NCBI RefSeq assembly: GCF_016127575.1
Contig: NZ_CP066019.1
Span: forward strand, 900,001-932,000
Direction: 5' to 3'
Source: Cupriavidus necator
GTDB lineage: Bacteria; Pseudomonadota; Gammaproteobacteria; Burkholderiales; Burkholderiaceae
DNA length: 32,000 nt
Shown: positions 8,171 to 16,953 of the stretch, piece by piece
Layout of the letters: the number at the start of each line of letters is the position of its first letter
Numbering within the stretch: the first letter of the stretch is position 1
The notes under the pieces: generated by a model
Seen by the model: the letters and a program-made list of their open reading frames with translations, nothing else
Database searches by the model: none
What the model was told of the DNA's origin: nothing
Position numbers and translations under genes: made by a program

Positions 8171-9553
8171 ATGACCACAGCGGTATTCGTCGGCTTCATT
8201 GTCTTCTCGCTCTACCTCGCCATCCGCTCGAAGAAAGGCCACGGCGCGCAGAGCGTGCATGACTTCTTCGTGGCGTCGCGGCAGTTCGGCGCCTACCTGG
8301 TGTTCTTCCTCGCGGCGGGCGAGATCTACAGCATCGGCACGATGGTGGGCTTTCCCGGTGGCATCTACGCCAAGGGACCGACCTACGGGGTCTGGTTCCT
8401 CGGCTACATCCTGCTGGCGTATCCGCTCGGCTATTTCCTCGGGCCCAAGATCTGGCAGGCGGGCGCGCGCTATAACGCGATCACGCTGCCAGACCTGTTC
8501 AAGGGCCACTATGGCAGCCGTGCGCTGGAGCTGATCGTGGCGGGCTCGGCGATCCTGTTCCTGCTGCCCTGGGGCCAGCTGCAGTTCACCGGGCTGGTGG
8601 CGGCGCTCAAGGGGCTGGGCTGGGAGTTCGAGCCGGTGTACCTGGTGATGATCTCGGCGGCACTGGCCTTTACCTACATTGCCATCTCCGGCGTGCGCGC
8701 ATCGGCCTATATCGCCATCCTCAAGGACATCCTGATGGTGGTGGCGATCGTCGTCACCGGCGTTGCGGTGGGCTGGAAGGCGGGCGTGGGCGAAGTGTTC
8801 CATGCCGCCAGCATGCAGGTCAGCAACCAGATGAATGACACCCAGCTGCGCTTCTCGATGAGCACCATGCTGTTCCAGGCGCTGGGCTTCTACGTGATGC
8901 CGTTCGCGGTGCAGAACTTCTTCACGGCCAAGAGCGCCAACACCATCCGGCGCACGCAGGTGGCGATGCCGCTGTACATGCTGATGTATCCGTTCCTGGT
9001 GCTGGCGTCGTACTACGCGATCAGCCAGAACCTGCAGCTCGCCTCCCCCAACGAGGCCTTCTTCGCGGCCGCGGTGCGGCTGTTGCCGGACTGGCTGCTC
9101 GGACTGGTGACCGCCGGCGCGGCGCTGTCGGGACTGCTGGTGCTGGCCGGCATCTGCCTGGCGATCGGCCCCATCGTCACGCGCAACCTGCTGCCGGGCA
9201 TGCCCGAGGCGCGCCAGAAGCAGGGCGCCAAGGTGGTGATTGTGATCTACCTGGTGCTGTCGATCGCCATGACACTGGCCACGCCGAACCTGATGCTGAC
9301 GCTGATCAATACCACCTACTACGGCGTGACGCAGTTCTTCCCTGGCGTGCTGGTGATCCTGTTCTCGCTGAAGGTGCGTCCGCTGGCGATTGCGCTCGGC
9401 ATCGTCACCGGCCAGGCACTGGCGATCGCGCTGTATGTGCAGCAGGTCGACTTCGGCGGCATCAACCTCGGGCTGGTCAGCCTGGGCGTCAACCTGCTGG
9501 TGACCGCGCTGGTGAACTACACGCCCCGACTGGCCCGCGTGCAGGCGGCGTGA
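8171..9553 (+). CDS. Sodium:solute symporter (SSS) family transporter
   Basis: 460-aa polytopic ORF. An N-terminal FFVASR...G..L.FFLAAGEIYS region typical of SSS. GGGAGA SD. Confidence 0.85.
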   Translation: MTTAVFVGFIVFSLYLAIRSKKGHGAQSVHDFFVASRQFGAYLVFFLAAGEIYSIGTMVGFPGGIYAKGPTYGVWFLGYILLAYPLGYFLGPKIWQAGARYNAITLPDLFKGHYGSRALELIVAGSAILFLLPWGQLQFTGLVAALKGLGWEFEPVYLVMISAALAFTYIAISGVRASAYIAILKDILMVVAIVVTGVAVGWKAGVGEVFHAASMQVSNQMNDTQLRFSMSTMLFQALGFYVMPFAVQNFFTAKSANTIRRTQVAMPLYMLMYPFLVLASYYAISQNLQLASPNEAFFAAAVRLLPDWLLGLVTAGAALSGLLVLAGICLAIGPIVTRNLLPGMPEARQKQGAKVVIVIYLVLSIAMTLATPNLMLTLINTTYYGVTQFFPGVLVILFSLKVRPLAIALGIVTGQALAIALYVQQVDFGGINLGLVSLGVNLLVTALVNYTPRLARVQAA

Positions 9554-11230
9554 ATGACCGGAATCATGCAATCCATGACACAAGACGACACGGCGCGCAC
9601 GCAGGTATTCGTGGCGCGCAAGATCCTCACGATGGAAGCCGGCCAGCCCGAGGCGACACATGTCGCGGTGCGCGACGGCAGGATCCTTGCCGTGGGCGGC
9701 GCCGCCGAGATGGCCGGCTGGCCGGATGCGGTGCAGGTCGATACCTTCCGTGGCAAGGTGCTGATGCCCGGGCTGGTGGAAGGCCATTGCCACCTGATGG
9801 AAGGCGCGATGTGGGATGCGGTTTACGTCGGCTACTTCGACCGCCGCGATCCGGACGGCAAGCTGTGGCGCGGCCTGCGCACGCTGGAGCAGGTGATCGA
9901 TCGCCTGGCGGGCGCGGCAAGCCAGATGCATGACCCGGACACACCGCTGCTGGCCTGGGGCTTCGACCCGATCTATTTCGGCGCCAGCCGGCTGTCGGTG
10001 CGCGAGCTGGATCGCGTCTCGGCCACGCGGCCCATCGTGGTGATGCATGCCAGCGTGCATCTGATGAACGTCAATTCCGCGATGCTGGCGCGGGCCGGCA
10101 TCGACGAGGACACCGATATCGACGGCGTGCACAAGGACGCGCGGGGCTTGCCCACCGGCGAGCTGCAGGAATTCGCGGCGATGTTCCCGGTGCAGCGCGT
10201 GCTTGGCAGCGGCCTGTCGCTGGCGGCGGCCGAGAATGCCGACGCGGTGCGCCGCTTCGGCCGCGTGGCGCAACTGGCGGGCGTGACCACGGCGACGGAT
10301 CTGGTCAACGACCTGTCGCCCAAGGGGCTGGAGACGCTGCAGGCGGTCACTGCCGACCCCGGCTTCCCGCTGCGCATCGTTCCGGCGTTCTCGCCGCAGC
10401 GCAATGCGCAGGGCGGCCCCGCCCGCGTGCAGGCCGCGGCGGCGGCCGGCACCGACAAGCTGCACTTCGGTCCGGTCAAGTTCATCGTCGACGGCTCGAT
10501 CCAGGGCTTTACCGCGCGCTTGCGCGCGCCGGGGTATGCCGGGGGCCAGGCCAATGGCTTGTGGCTGATCCCGCCGGAGCAACTGCTCGACGCCTTCACG
10601 CCATTCCACCTGGCCGGCCTGCCGCTGCATATCCACACCAATGGCGACGAGGCGACGCAAGTGGTGCTGGACGTGCTGGAAGCCATGCTGTCGCGCCATC
10701 CGCGCGCGGACCATCGCCATACGCTGCAGCACTGCCAGCTGGCGGACGAGGCACAGCTGGCGCACGCGGCGCGGCTGGGCCTGTGCATCAACTTCTTCTC
10801 CAACCACCTGTACTACTGGGGCGATGCGCATGCCGGCCAGACCGTGGGACCGGCGCGGGCCGCGCGCATGAACCCGGCGGGCACGGCGCGGCGGCTGGGG
10901 ATTCCGTTCGCGATCCATTCCGATGCGCCGATCACACCGCTGAACCCGCTCTTTACGGCGTGGTGCGCGGTGCAGCGCCAGACCGCTTCCGGCCGCGTGC
11001 TGGGCGAAGCTGAGCGCCTGCCGGCCGCCGACGCGCTGTATGCCATCACCATGGGTGCGGCCTATACGCTGAAGCTCGATCACCGCATCGGCAGCATCGC
11101 GCCCGGCAAGCTGGCAGACTTTGCCGTGCTGGAAGATGACCCGACCGAGGTGGCTCCAGAGCGCCTGAAGGATGTGCGTGTCTGGGGCACGGTGCTGGGC
11201 GGGCGCGTGTTCGCGGCGCCGGCACGATGA
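9554..11230 (+). CDS. Amidohydrolase_3 / YtcJ-like metal-dependent hydrolase (family of N-substituted formamide deformylase and D-aminoacylase-like enzymes); substrate unknown
   Basis: 558 aa. Motifs PGLVEGHCHL (HxH), LHIHTNGDEA, HCQL and FAIHSDAP. ATG 9554 abuts the SSS stop TGA 9551-9553. Confidence 0.8.
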   Translation: MTGIMQSMTQDDTARTQVFVARKILTMEAGQPEATHVAVRDGRILAVGGAAEMAGWPDAVQVDTFRGKVLMPGLVEGHCHLMEGAMWDAVYVGYFDRRDPDGKLWRGLRTLEQVIDRLAGAASQMHDPDTPLLAWGFDPIYFGASRLSVRELDRVSATRPIVVMHASVHLMNVNSAMLARAGIDEDTDIDGVHKDARGLPTGELQEFAAMFPVQRVLGSGLSLAAAENADAVRRFGRVAQLAGVTTATDLVNDLSPKGLETLQAVTADPGFPLRIVPAFSPQRNAQGGPARVQAAAAAGTDKLHFGPVKFIVDGSIQGFTARLRAPGYAGGQANGLWLIPPEQLLDAFTPFHLAGLPLHIHTNGDEATQVVLDVLEAMLSRHPRADHRHTLQHCQLADEAQLAHAARLGLCINFFSNHLYYWGDAHAGQTVGPARAARMNPAGTARRLGIPFAIHSDAPITPLNPLFTAWCAVQRQTASGRVLGEAERLPAADALYAITMGAAYTLKLDHRIGSIAPGKLADFAVLEDDPTEVAPERLKDVRVWGTVLGGRVFAAPAR

Positions 11231-12177
11231 ACGCGCGGGCTCCGGTCCCGCTGGTGGTGGTCGGCGGGTACCTTGGCGCCGGCAAGACCACCTTGCTCAA
11301 CCGCCTGCTGGCCAACGCGCAGGGGCGCCGCATCGCGGTGCTGGTCAACGATTTCGGCGAGATCAATATCGATGCCGCGCTGATCCGCACGCGCAGCGAC
11401 GACGTGATCCAGCTGGAGAACGGCTGCATCTGCTGCTCGATTGGCGGCCGGCTGGCCGAGGCGCTGGTGGCCATCGCAGCGCGGGAGCAGCGGCCGGACT
11501 TGCTGGTGATCGAGGCCAGCGGCGTCTCGGACCCGCAGCGCATTGCTCAGGTCGGCTTGCTGGATCGGGCCTTTGTGCTCAATGCCGTGGCGGTGGCCGT
11601 GGACGTGACCGAGGTCGGCCACAACCTGCACGATCCGCTGGTGGGCGACATGGTGCGGCAACAGATCGCGGGGGCCTCGGTAGTGGTGCTGACCAAGGCA
11701 GATCTTGCCGATGCGGATGCGCTGGCAATGGCTGCCGCCACGGTCGACGCCATCGCGCCGCATGCCGCGGTGCTGACCGCATGCGAGGGCGAGGTGCCCT
11801 TGTCGGTCTTTGTCGACGCCGCCCCGCCGGAACCACATGCCGATGCCGTGCTGCAGGCGGGCGGGCACTGGCGGCGAGCCGTCGGCACCGTGCCCGCCGG
11901 CATCCGCAGCATTTCATACCAGACCGGCCGCGACTTCGACAAGGCGCTGCTGCGGCAGGCGCTGAAGGCGCTGCCGGTGCGGCTGCTGCGCGCGAAGGGC
12001 ATGGTCAGGCTGGCAGCCGATCCGCGCCTGCACGAACTGCATGTGGTCGCGGGCCGCATGCGGCTGAGTCCGATGGCGCAAGGCGATGCGGCAGGGTCTG
12101 CAATGGTCCTGATCGGTGCCTTCGGTGCGGAGGAGGAGAGGCGTATCCGCGCCTGCCTCGATCGGGCGCTCGCCTGA
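11227..12177 (+). CDS. COG0523 / CobW-family G3E GTPase (putative metallochaperone)
   Basis: Walker A GGYLGAGKTT, CxCC metal motif ENGCICCS, IEASGVSDP and TKADL. CobW_C-like C-terminal domain. ATGA overlap with the amidohydrolase stop. Confidence 0.85.
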   Translation: MNARAPVPLVVVGGYLGAGKTTLLNRLLANAQGRRIAVLVNDFGEINIDAALIRTRSDDVIQLENGCICCSIGGRLAEALVAIAAREQRPDLLVIEASGVSDPQRIAQVGLLDRAFVLNAVAVAVDVTEVGHNLHDPLVGDMVRQQIAGASVVVLTKADLADADALAMAAATVDAIAPHAAVLTACEGEVPLSVFVDAAPPEPHADAVLQAGGHWRRAVGTVPAGIRSISYQTGRDFDKALLRQALKALPVRLLRAKGMVRLAADPRLHELHVVAGRMRLSPMAQGDAAGSAMVLIGAFGAEEERRIRACLDRALA

Positions 12178-12213
12178 GCGGGCGCGCGAACGGCGTCGCT
12201 GCGGCGCCGCTCA
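12175..12213. terminator. GC-rich hairpin between convergent genes. Its arms include both stop codons and there is no U-tract.
   Basis: TGAGCGG(G)CGC at 12175-12185 pairs with GCGCCGCTCA at 12204-12213 (10 bp, 1 bulge). An inner GCGA/TCGC pairing is also possible. Confidence 0.3.
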
Positions 12214-13122
12214 GGTGTGGAATTCTTCCGGTTCCGCATGCGCCGGCCTTCCTTCCCAGCCGCCACGCTCGAACTCCGCAATCACCTGCGCCCCAAACAG
12301 CAGCAAGGTCGCCGCGATCTCCAGGCTCAGCAGCACCACGATCGCCGTGGTCAGCGAACCATAGACCCGGCTCACTTGCGACAGCGTGGTGAAGTACCAC
12401 GCCAGCACATGGCGGGAGATTTCCCACAGCACGGCCGCAACCAACGCGCCGCTCAGCGCATGCCGCAGCGACAGCCTGCCAACCGGCATCACCATGTAGA
12501 TCGAGGTCAGCATCAGCACCTCGCCAATGAAGCCGAGCAGGTAGAGCAGGCCGGTCGAGAGCCGGTCCAGCGACCAGTCGCGGCCCAGCACTTCCACATG
12601 CCGTTCGCCGATGGCGAGCAGGCCGCCTGACACCACCGTGACCAGCAGCAGGCCCACGCTAAGTACCGCGATATAGCAGTAGGGCAGCAGCGCCGAGACC
12701 AGGAAATGCCGGCGCCGGATCGCCACGCGGTGCTCGAAGATGACCGACATGGCATTCTCCAGCACGGTGAAGGCGAGCGAACTGAAGAACAGCATGGTGA
12801 CCAGCAGCACCCAGCCGATCGTGCCACGGTTGCGCAGGAAGGCGGCAAGCTCGGTGATCAGCGCCCTGGACTGCCCCGGCACCACCCACTCCAGGTAGCG
12901 CGCGAGCGTGGACAACAGCAGGTCTGGTTCGATCACGTGCGACAGGGCAATGATCATCAGGATCAGCAGCGGCACGATCGACAGCAGCGCGTAGTAGGCC
13001 ACCGCGCCGGCCAGCAGCAGCCCCTGGTTGGCGCGGAACTGCCTGAGCGTGTGCCAGGCAAAGCGCCCCGGATGGCGGAGCAGGTCACGGACGCGGGCGT
13101 CGGGAAGCTGCATGGCAGACAT
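12211..13122 (-). CDS. YihY/BrkB (virulence factor BrkB / 'ribonuclease BN-like') family membrane protein
   Basis: FRANQGLLLAGAVAYYALLSIVPLLILMI signature and about 6 TM segments. Start is uncertain: ATG at 13122 or 13113, GTG at 13173. Confidence 0.8.
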   Translation of the reverse strand: MSAMQLPDARVRDLLRHPGRFAWHTLRQFRANQGLLLAGAVAYYALLSIVPLLILMIIALSHVIEPDLLLSTLARYLEWVVPGQSRALITELAAFLRNRGTIGWVLLVTMLFFSSLAFTVLENAMSVIFEHRVAIRRRHFLVSALLPYCYIAVLSVGLLLVTVVSGGLLAIGERHVEVLGRDWSLDRLSTGLLYLLGFIGEVLMLTSIYMVMPVGRLSLRHALSGALVAAVLWEISRHVLAWYFTTLSQVSRVYGSLTTAIVVLLSLEIAATLLLFGAQVIAEFERGGWEGRPAHAEPEEFHT

Positions 13123-13187
13123 CGGAGAGGAAGGGGTTTCGCCATTATGCGGCTTCGATGCCTGACATTCCACCGGGTTATGGCTCT

Positions 13188-13215
13188 ATTCCGAATGCAT
13201 CATTGTGGTCGGAAT
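13188..13215. promoter_or_regulatory. Inverted repeat ATTCCGA-N14-TCGGAAT in the yihY/serine-hydrolase divergent region
   Basis: Exact 7-bp arms read directly, with an ATGCAT palindrome at the start of the spacer. Confidence 0.2.
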
Positions 13216-13323
13216 CCGCTTCCTCCAAGATGGCGCCCGCGGCCTGCACCATGCGGGCTTGCACCTCATGCATACAAGGCGGCGCACCGTGCGTGCAACC
13301 GCCTGGACAGGAATGGAGACAGC

Positions 13324-14679
13324 ATGCAAGCGCAAACAGTGTCGCGCAGGACGGGATTCGGACGCAGTCGGGTGTGGCTGGCCGTGGCGCTGCTGGTGGC
13401 GCCGATGAGCGTTGCGCTGGCGCAGGGCACCGGCCAGCCTTTGGCCGTTGCCGAGGACGAGGTCATGCAGGGCTTTCCGCCGCCGCCCGACAAGCAGGTC
13501 AGCCGCGGCAGCGGGCTGCGTCCGCCGTATATGCGCTGGGCGTTCCGGCATGCGCGCGAGATGTCGCCGACGGCGGGCATCCGGCATGCCAGCCAGCCGC
13601 TGGCCCTGGCCGGCCAGCCCGGCACGGAACTGGACGGCACCACCTTTGCCGTGGCCGGCAAGACGGTCCGACTGGCCGACTACCTGCGCGACACCCATAC
13701 CGACGGCTTTATCGTGCTGCACCAGGGCAAGGTCGTCTATGAGCGCTACCTCGCGGGCTTTGGTCCTTACCAGCCGCATATCTGGGCCTCGATGACCAAG
13801 TCCGTCACCGGGCTGCTGGCCGCCATGCTGGTCGAGGAGGGCAAGCTCGATCCGCAGGCCCGGCTGGCGCAGTATGTGCCGGAACTGGCCGGCAATCCGT
13901 TCGGCGAGGCCACGGTACAGCAGAACCTGGATATGGAGGTGCCGGTGGGCTACCCGGAGGGGCTGCCGCCGGACCTGGCGCTGTTCGGGGCGGTGGGGAT
14001 CGTGCCGCGCAAGGCGGAGGCGCCGGACACCATCTATGACTTCCTCAAGGTCGTCCACGCCACCGGCGGGCGCGACGATGGCGGCGTCTGGTACTACCAG
14101 AACGGCTCGCCGGAAGCGGTAGCATGGGCGCTGCGACGCATCACCGGCAAGAGCTGGGCGCAACTGGTGACCGAGCGGCTGTGGGCCCGCTTTGCCGACG
14201 ATGATGCCTACACCCAGGTGGACCGCCAGGGCACGGAAATGGCCAGCGGTGGCATGAATTCCACGCTGCGCGACGCCGCCCGCTTTGCCGAGGCCGTGCG
14301 CCGGGCGGCCGCGGGCGACGCCTCGGGCGGGATCTCGCCGGCGGCGGTGCGCATTGCGCTGCAGCCGGCCGGCAACCAGGCCCGATTTGCGCGCGGCAAC
14401 ACCATGCCGGGCCGCGACGGCTATGGCTACCGCAACTACTGGTTCCAGCGCAACGACGGCGACGGCAGCATCGAGGCCAGCGGGCGCTTCGGACAGAAGA
14501 TCTATATCAATCCGGCCAGGGGGCTGACGGTGGTGAAGTTCTCCGCCAGCCCGGACGGCGCCGCGCGTGCGACCAGCGCAGCCGCGGTGCGCAAGCGCGA
14601 CGATCCGGCCCGGGCGCTGGAATCCGCCGAGGCCATGGTGGCCGCTGCGCTCGCGATCCAGCGCGCGGTCAGCCGCTGA
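13324..14679 (+). CDS. Secreted beta-lactamase-fold serine hydrolase (class C / 6-aminohexanoate-dimer-hydrolase-like)
   Basis: Trimmed from the 657-aa ORF to ATG 13324, which has a GGAG SD. Signal peptide RVWLAVALLVAPMSVALAQG. SxxK motif SMTK, and YxN (YQN). Confidence 0.8.
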   Translation: MQAQTVSRRTGFGRSRVWLAVALLVAPMSVALAQGTGQPLAVAEDEVMQGFPPPPDKQVSRGSGLRPPYMRWAFRHAREMSPTAGIRHASQPLALAGQPGTELDGTTFAVAGKTVRLADYLRDTHTDGFIVLHQGKVVYERYLAGFGPYQPHIWASMTKSVTGLLAAMLVEEGKLDPQARLAQYVPELAGNPFGEATVQQNLDMEVPVGYPEGLPPDLALFGAVGIVPRKAEAPDTIYDFLKVVHATGGRDDGGVWYYQNGSPEAVAWALRRITGKSWAQLVTERLWARFADDDAYTQVDRQGTEMASGGMNSTLRDAARFAEAVRRAAAGDASGGISPAAVRIALQPAGNQARFARGNTMPGRDGYGYRNYWFQRNDGDGSIEASGRFGQKIYINPARGLTVVKFSASPDGAARATSAAAVRKRDDPARALESAEAMVAAALAIQRAVSR

Positions 14680-14718
14680 GCCACGCCGGCAGAGGCCGGC
14701 AGAGTCTCCCGATCTGGA

Positions 14719-15657
14719 CTAGGCCGGCGTTTCCGCCGGCACCTGCGGTGCCCCCGCCGCCCGCCGCAGGCAATCCAGCATGGCCATGACCGCCGCGCGA
14801 GACTGCGCGTCGTCACGCCAGTACATCGACACCGAGCCGAACCCCGCCAGCCGCAGCGGCACGATGCGCAGCGCGCCCAGCTCTTCCAGCCTGCGCGCGG
14901 TGCGGTGCGAGGCCAGGCCGATCATGTCGCTGTTGTTGAGTAGCGTGAGATTCAGCACAGTGGAATTGCTCTCCACGCAATCGGCCGGCAGGGCACGCTC
15001 GGCGCTGGCCAGCGCGCCTTCCAGCGCGTTGCGGATGGGCGTGCCGCGCGGCCACACCACCCAGCGGTGGCGATACAGGTCGTCCCAGCCGATGCGCCCG
15101 CCTTGAAGCAGCGGGTGGCGTGGCCGGGCGACGAAGTGGATCGGCTCCATGTAGAGCGATTCGGTGCGCATGTGCGCGTCCTGCAGCTCGGGCGCCGAGC
15201 GGCCCACCACGATATCCAGCTCGCTGTGCGCCAGCTGGCTCATGAGCCGGTCCATGGTCGTTTCCACCAGCCGCACGCTGGCGCGGGGCATCTGCTGCAG
15301 CAATTGCAGCGCTGCCAGCGGCACGGTATCCGCCGACGACGCGCCCGACGTACCCACCACCACGATCCCGCTGCCGCCGTCGCGCATGGCCTGCAGGTCG
15401 TCGCGCGCGGTATCCAGCTGGGCCTCGATCCGGCGGGCGTGCTCGATCAGCGACTCGCCGTAGGGCGTGGGCCGCAGCCCGCGCGCCTGGCGCTCGAACA
15501 GGGGCAGCCCGATATCGTCCTCAAGGTCCTTCAGCCATTTGGAAAGTCCCGGCTGGGTCGTGTTCAGCATGGCCGCCGACTGGCTCATATTGCCGGTCTC
15601 GGCCAGGCTCAGCAGCATCTGCAGGTTGCGCAGCCGCAATCTCTGGGTCCAGTCCAT
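14719..15657 (-). CDS. mhbR: LysR-family regulator divergent from the gentisate operon
   Basis: MDWTQRLRLRNLQMLLSLAETGNMSQSAAMLNTTQPGLSKWLKDLE HTH. Divergent arrangement with the gentisate 1,2-dioxygenase gene. Confidence 0.8.
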   Translation of the reverse strand: MDWTQRLRLRNLQMLLSLAETGNMSQSAAMLNTTQPGLSKWLKDLEDDIGLPLFERQARGLRPTPYGESLIEHARRIEAQLDTARDDLQAMRDGGSGIVVVGTSGASSADTVPLAALQLLQQMPRASVRLVETTMDRLMSQLAHSELDIVVGRSAPELQDAHMRTESLYMEPIHFVARPRHPLLQGGRIGWDDLYRHRWVVWPRGTPIRNALEGALASAERALPADCVESNSTVLNLTLLNNSDMIGLASHRTARRLEELGALRIVPLRLAGFGSVSMYWRDDAQSRAAVMAMLDCLRRAAGAPQVPAETPA

Positions 15658-15685
15658 GAAGCTACCTATATAAAAAAACGTATCG

Positions 15686-15715
15686 ATAAGATGAAAAGTT
15701 CATTTCAAATCTTAT
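15686..15715. promoter_or_regulatory. Nested inverted repeat ATAAGAT-N16-ATCTTAT with inner TGAAA-N6-TTTCA (candidate LysR binding site)
   Basis: Read directly in the AT-rich 154-bp divergent region between the LysR and dioxygenase genes. Confidence 0.4.
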
Positions 15716-15732
15716 AGGGCCGGGCGTATAAC
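15704..15732 (+). promoter_or_regulatory. Candidate sigma-70 promoter of the gentisate operon (TTCAAA-N17-TATAAC)
   Basis: The -35 overlaps the right arm of the inverted repeat. The -10 is about 80 nt upstream of ATG 15812. Confidence 0.3.
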
Positions 15733-15811
15733 GACAACAAGACGGTGCGCATCGACACAGGCACCCGCAAAGAGCGCTCCCCAAAGCACCTGCAAAAGTC
15801 ACGGAGACAGC

Positions 15812-16858
15812 ATGTCCGAACACACCCCAGACCCGGCCCGCGTGGCCTATTACGAAGAAATCGGCCGCAGCCACATGACCCCGCTGTGGGAGTCGCTGCA
15901 CGCGCTGGTGCCGCCGCAACCGCGGCCGCAGATCGTTCCCGCCATCTGGAAGTACGCCCAGATCCGCCCGCTGGTGATGCAGGCCGGCGGCGTCATCAGC
16001 GCCGAGGAAGCGGTGCGCCGCGTGCTGGTGCTGGAGAACCCGGGCATTCCCGGCAAGTCGAGCATCACCTCCACGCTGTACGCCGGCCTGCAGCTGATCC
16101 TGCCGGGCGAAATTGCGCCCAGCCACCGCCATACCCAGTCCGCGCTGCGCTTTATCGTGGAAGGCAAGGGCGCCTGGACCGCGGTCAACGGCGAGCGCAC
16201 CACCATGCATCCCGGCGACTTCATCATCACGCCGTCGTGGACCTGGCATGACCATGGCAACCCCGCCGTCGAGGACGGCGGCGAGCCGGTGGTGTGGCTG
16301 GACGGGCTGGATATTCCGCTGGTGCAGCAGTTCGATGCCGGGTTTGCCGAGAACTACCCGCAAGCCCAGCAGCCCGTGACCCGCGTCGAGGGCGACAGCT
16401 TTGCCCGCTTCGGCCATAACATGGTGCCGGTGCGGCACCGCGTGACCGATCCCACTTCGCCGGTCTTCAGCTACCCGTACGAGCGCTCGCGCGAGGCGCT
16501 GGACCAGCTCTACCGCAACGGCGAGCTCGATGCCTGGGACGGCGTCAAGCTGCGCTATATCAACCCGGCCACCGGCGGCTGGCCGATGCCGACCATCGCC
16601 ACCTTCATGCAGTACCTGCCGGCGGGCTTCCAGGGAAAGACCTACCGCAGCACCGACGCCACCGTCTACAGCGTGGTGGAAGGGCGCGGCACGGTGCGCA
16701 TCGGCGACGACCAGTTCCAGTTCGAGCCGCGCGACACCTTCGTGGCCCCGTCGTGGGCGCCGGTGCAGCTGGGCGCGCTGGAAGACGCGGTGCTGTTCAG
16801 CTATTCCGACCGGCCCGTGCTGTCCGCGATGAACCTGCTGCGCGAAGCGCGCACCTGA
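15812..16858 (+). CDS. mhbD: Gentisate 1,2-dioxygenase (bicupin)
   Basis: 348 aa. [16 protein letters not shown]-terminus and cupin His motif [17 protein letters not shown]. Followed by FAH-family and GST-zeta genes. Confidence 0.9.
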   Translation: MSEHTPDPARVAYYEEIGRSHMTPLWESLHALVPPQPRPQIVPAIWKYAQIRPLVMQAGGVISAEEAVRRVLVLENPGIPGKSSITSTLYAGLQLILPGEIAPSHRHTQSALRFIVEGKGAWTAVNGERTTMHPGDFIITPSWTWHDHGNPAVEDGGEPVVWLDGLDIPLVQQFDAGFAENYPQAQQPVTRVEGDSFARFGHNMVPVRHRVTDPTSPVFSYPYERSREALDQLYRNGELDAWDGVKLRYINPATGGWPMPTIATFMQYLPAGFQGKTYRSTDATVYSVVEGRGTVRIGDDQFQFEPRDTFVAPSWAPVQLGALEDAVLFSYSDRPVLSAMNLLREART

Positions 16859-16889
16859 GCGTCTCGCGACCCTGATCCGACCTGCCCCG

Positions 16890-16911
16890 GGCGGTGCCTG
16901 CGCGCACCGCC
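16890..16911 (+). other. Intercistronic stem-loop (8-bp GC stem, 6-nt loop) between the dioxygenase and hydrolase genes
   Basis: GGCGGTGC-ctgcgc-GCACCGCC read directly. No U-tract, so more likely an mRNA stability or processing element than a terminator. Confidence 0.3.
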
Positions 16912-16953
16912 TGAGGCTCCCGCTTACCTGACGACTTCCGGAAACCTCGAACC

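Noticed and set aside
7973-11083. Very long minus-strand ORF (1036 aa) spanning the DUF3311, SSS and amidohydrolase genes
   Set aside because: The composition is dominated by R/H/Q/G/A/D with no recognisable domain or motif. It lies antisense to three + strand genes that have clear family signatures and strong GC3 bias, which is the typical stop-poor shadow frame of a high-GC genome.
14685-14704. Tandem 10-bp repeat GCCGGCAGAG x2, which can also form a GCCGGC hairpin, between the serine hydrolase and the LysR stop
   Set aside because: Only two copies, a short self-complementary GC hexamer and no U-tract. Too weak to call a terminator or repeat element.
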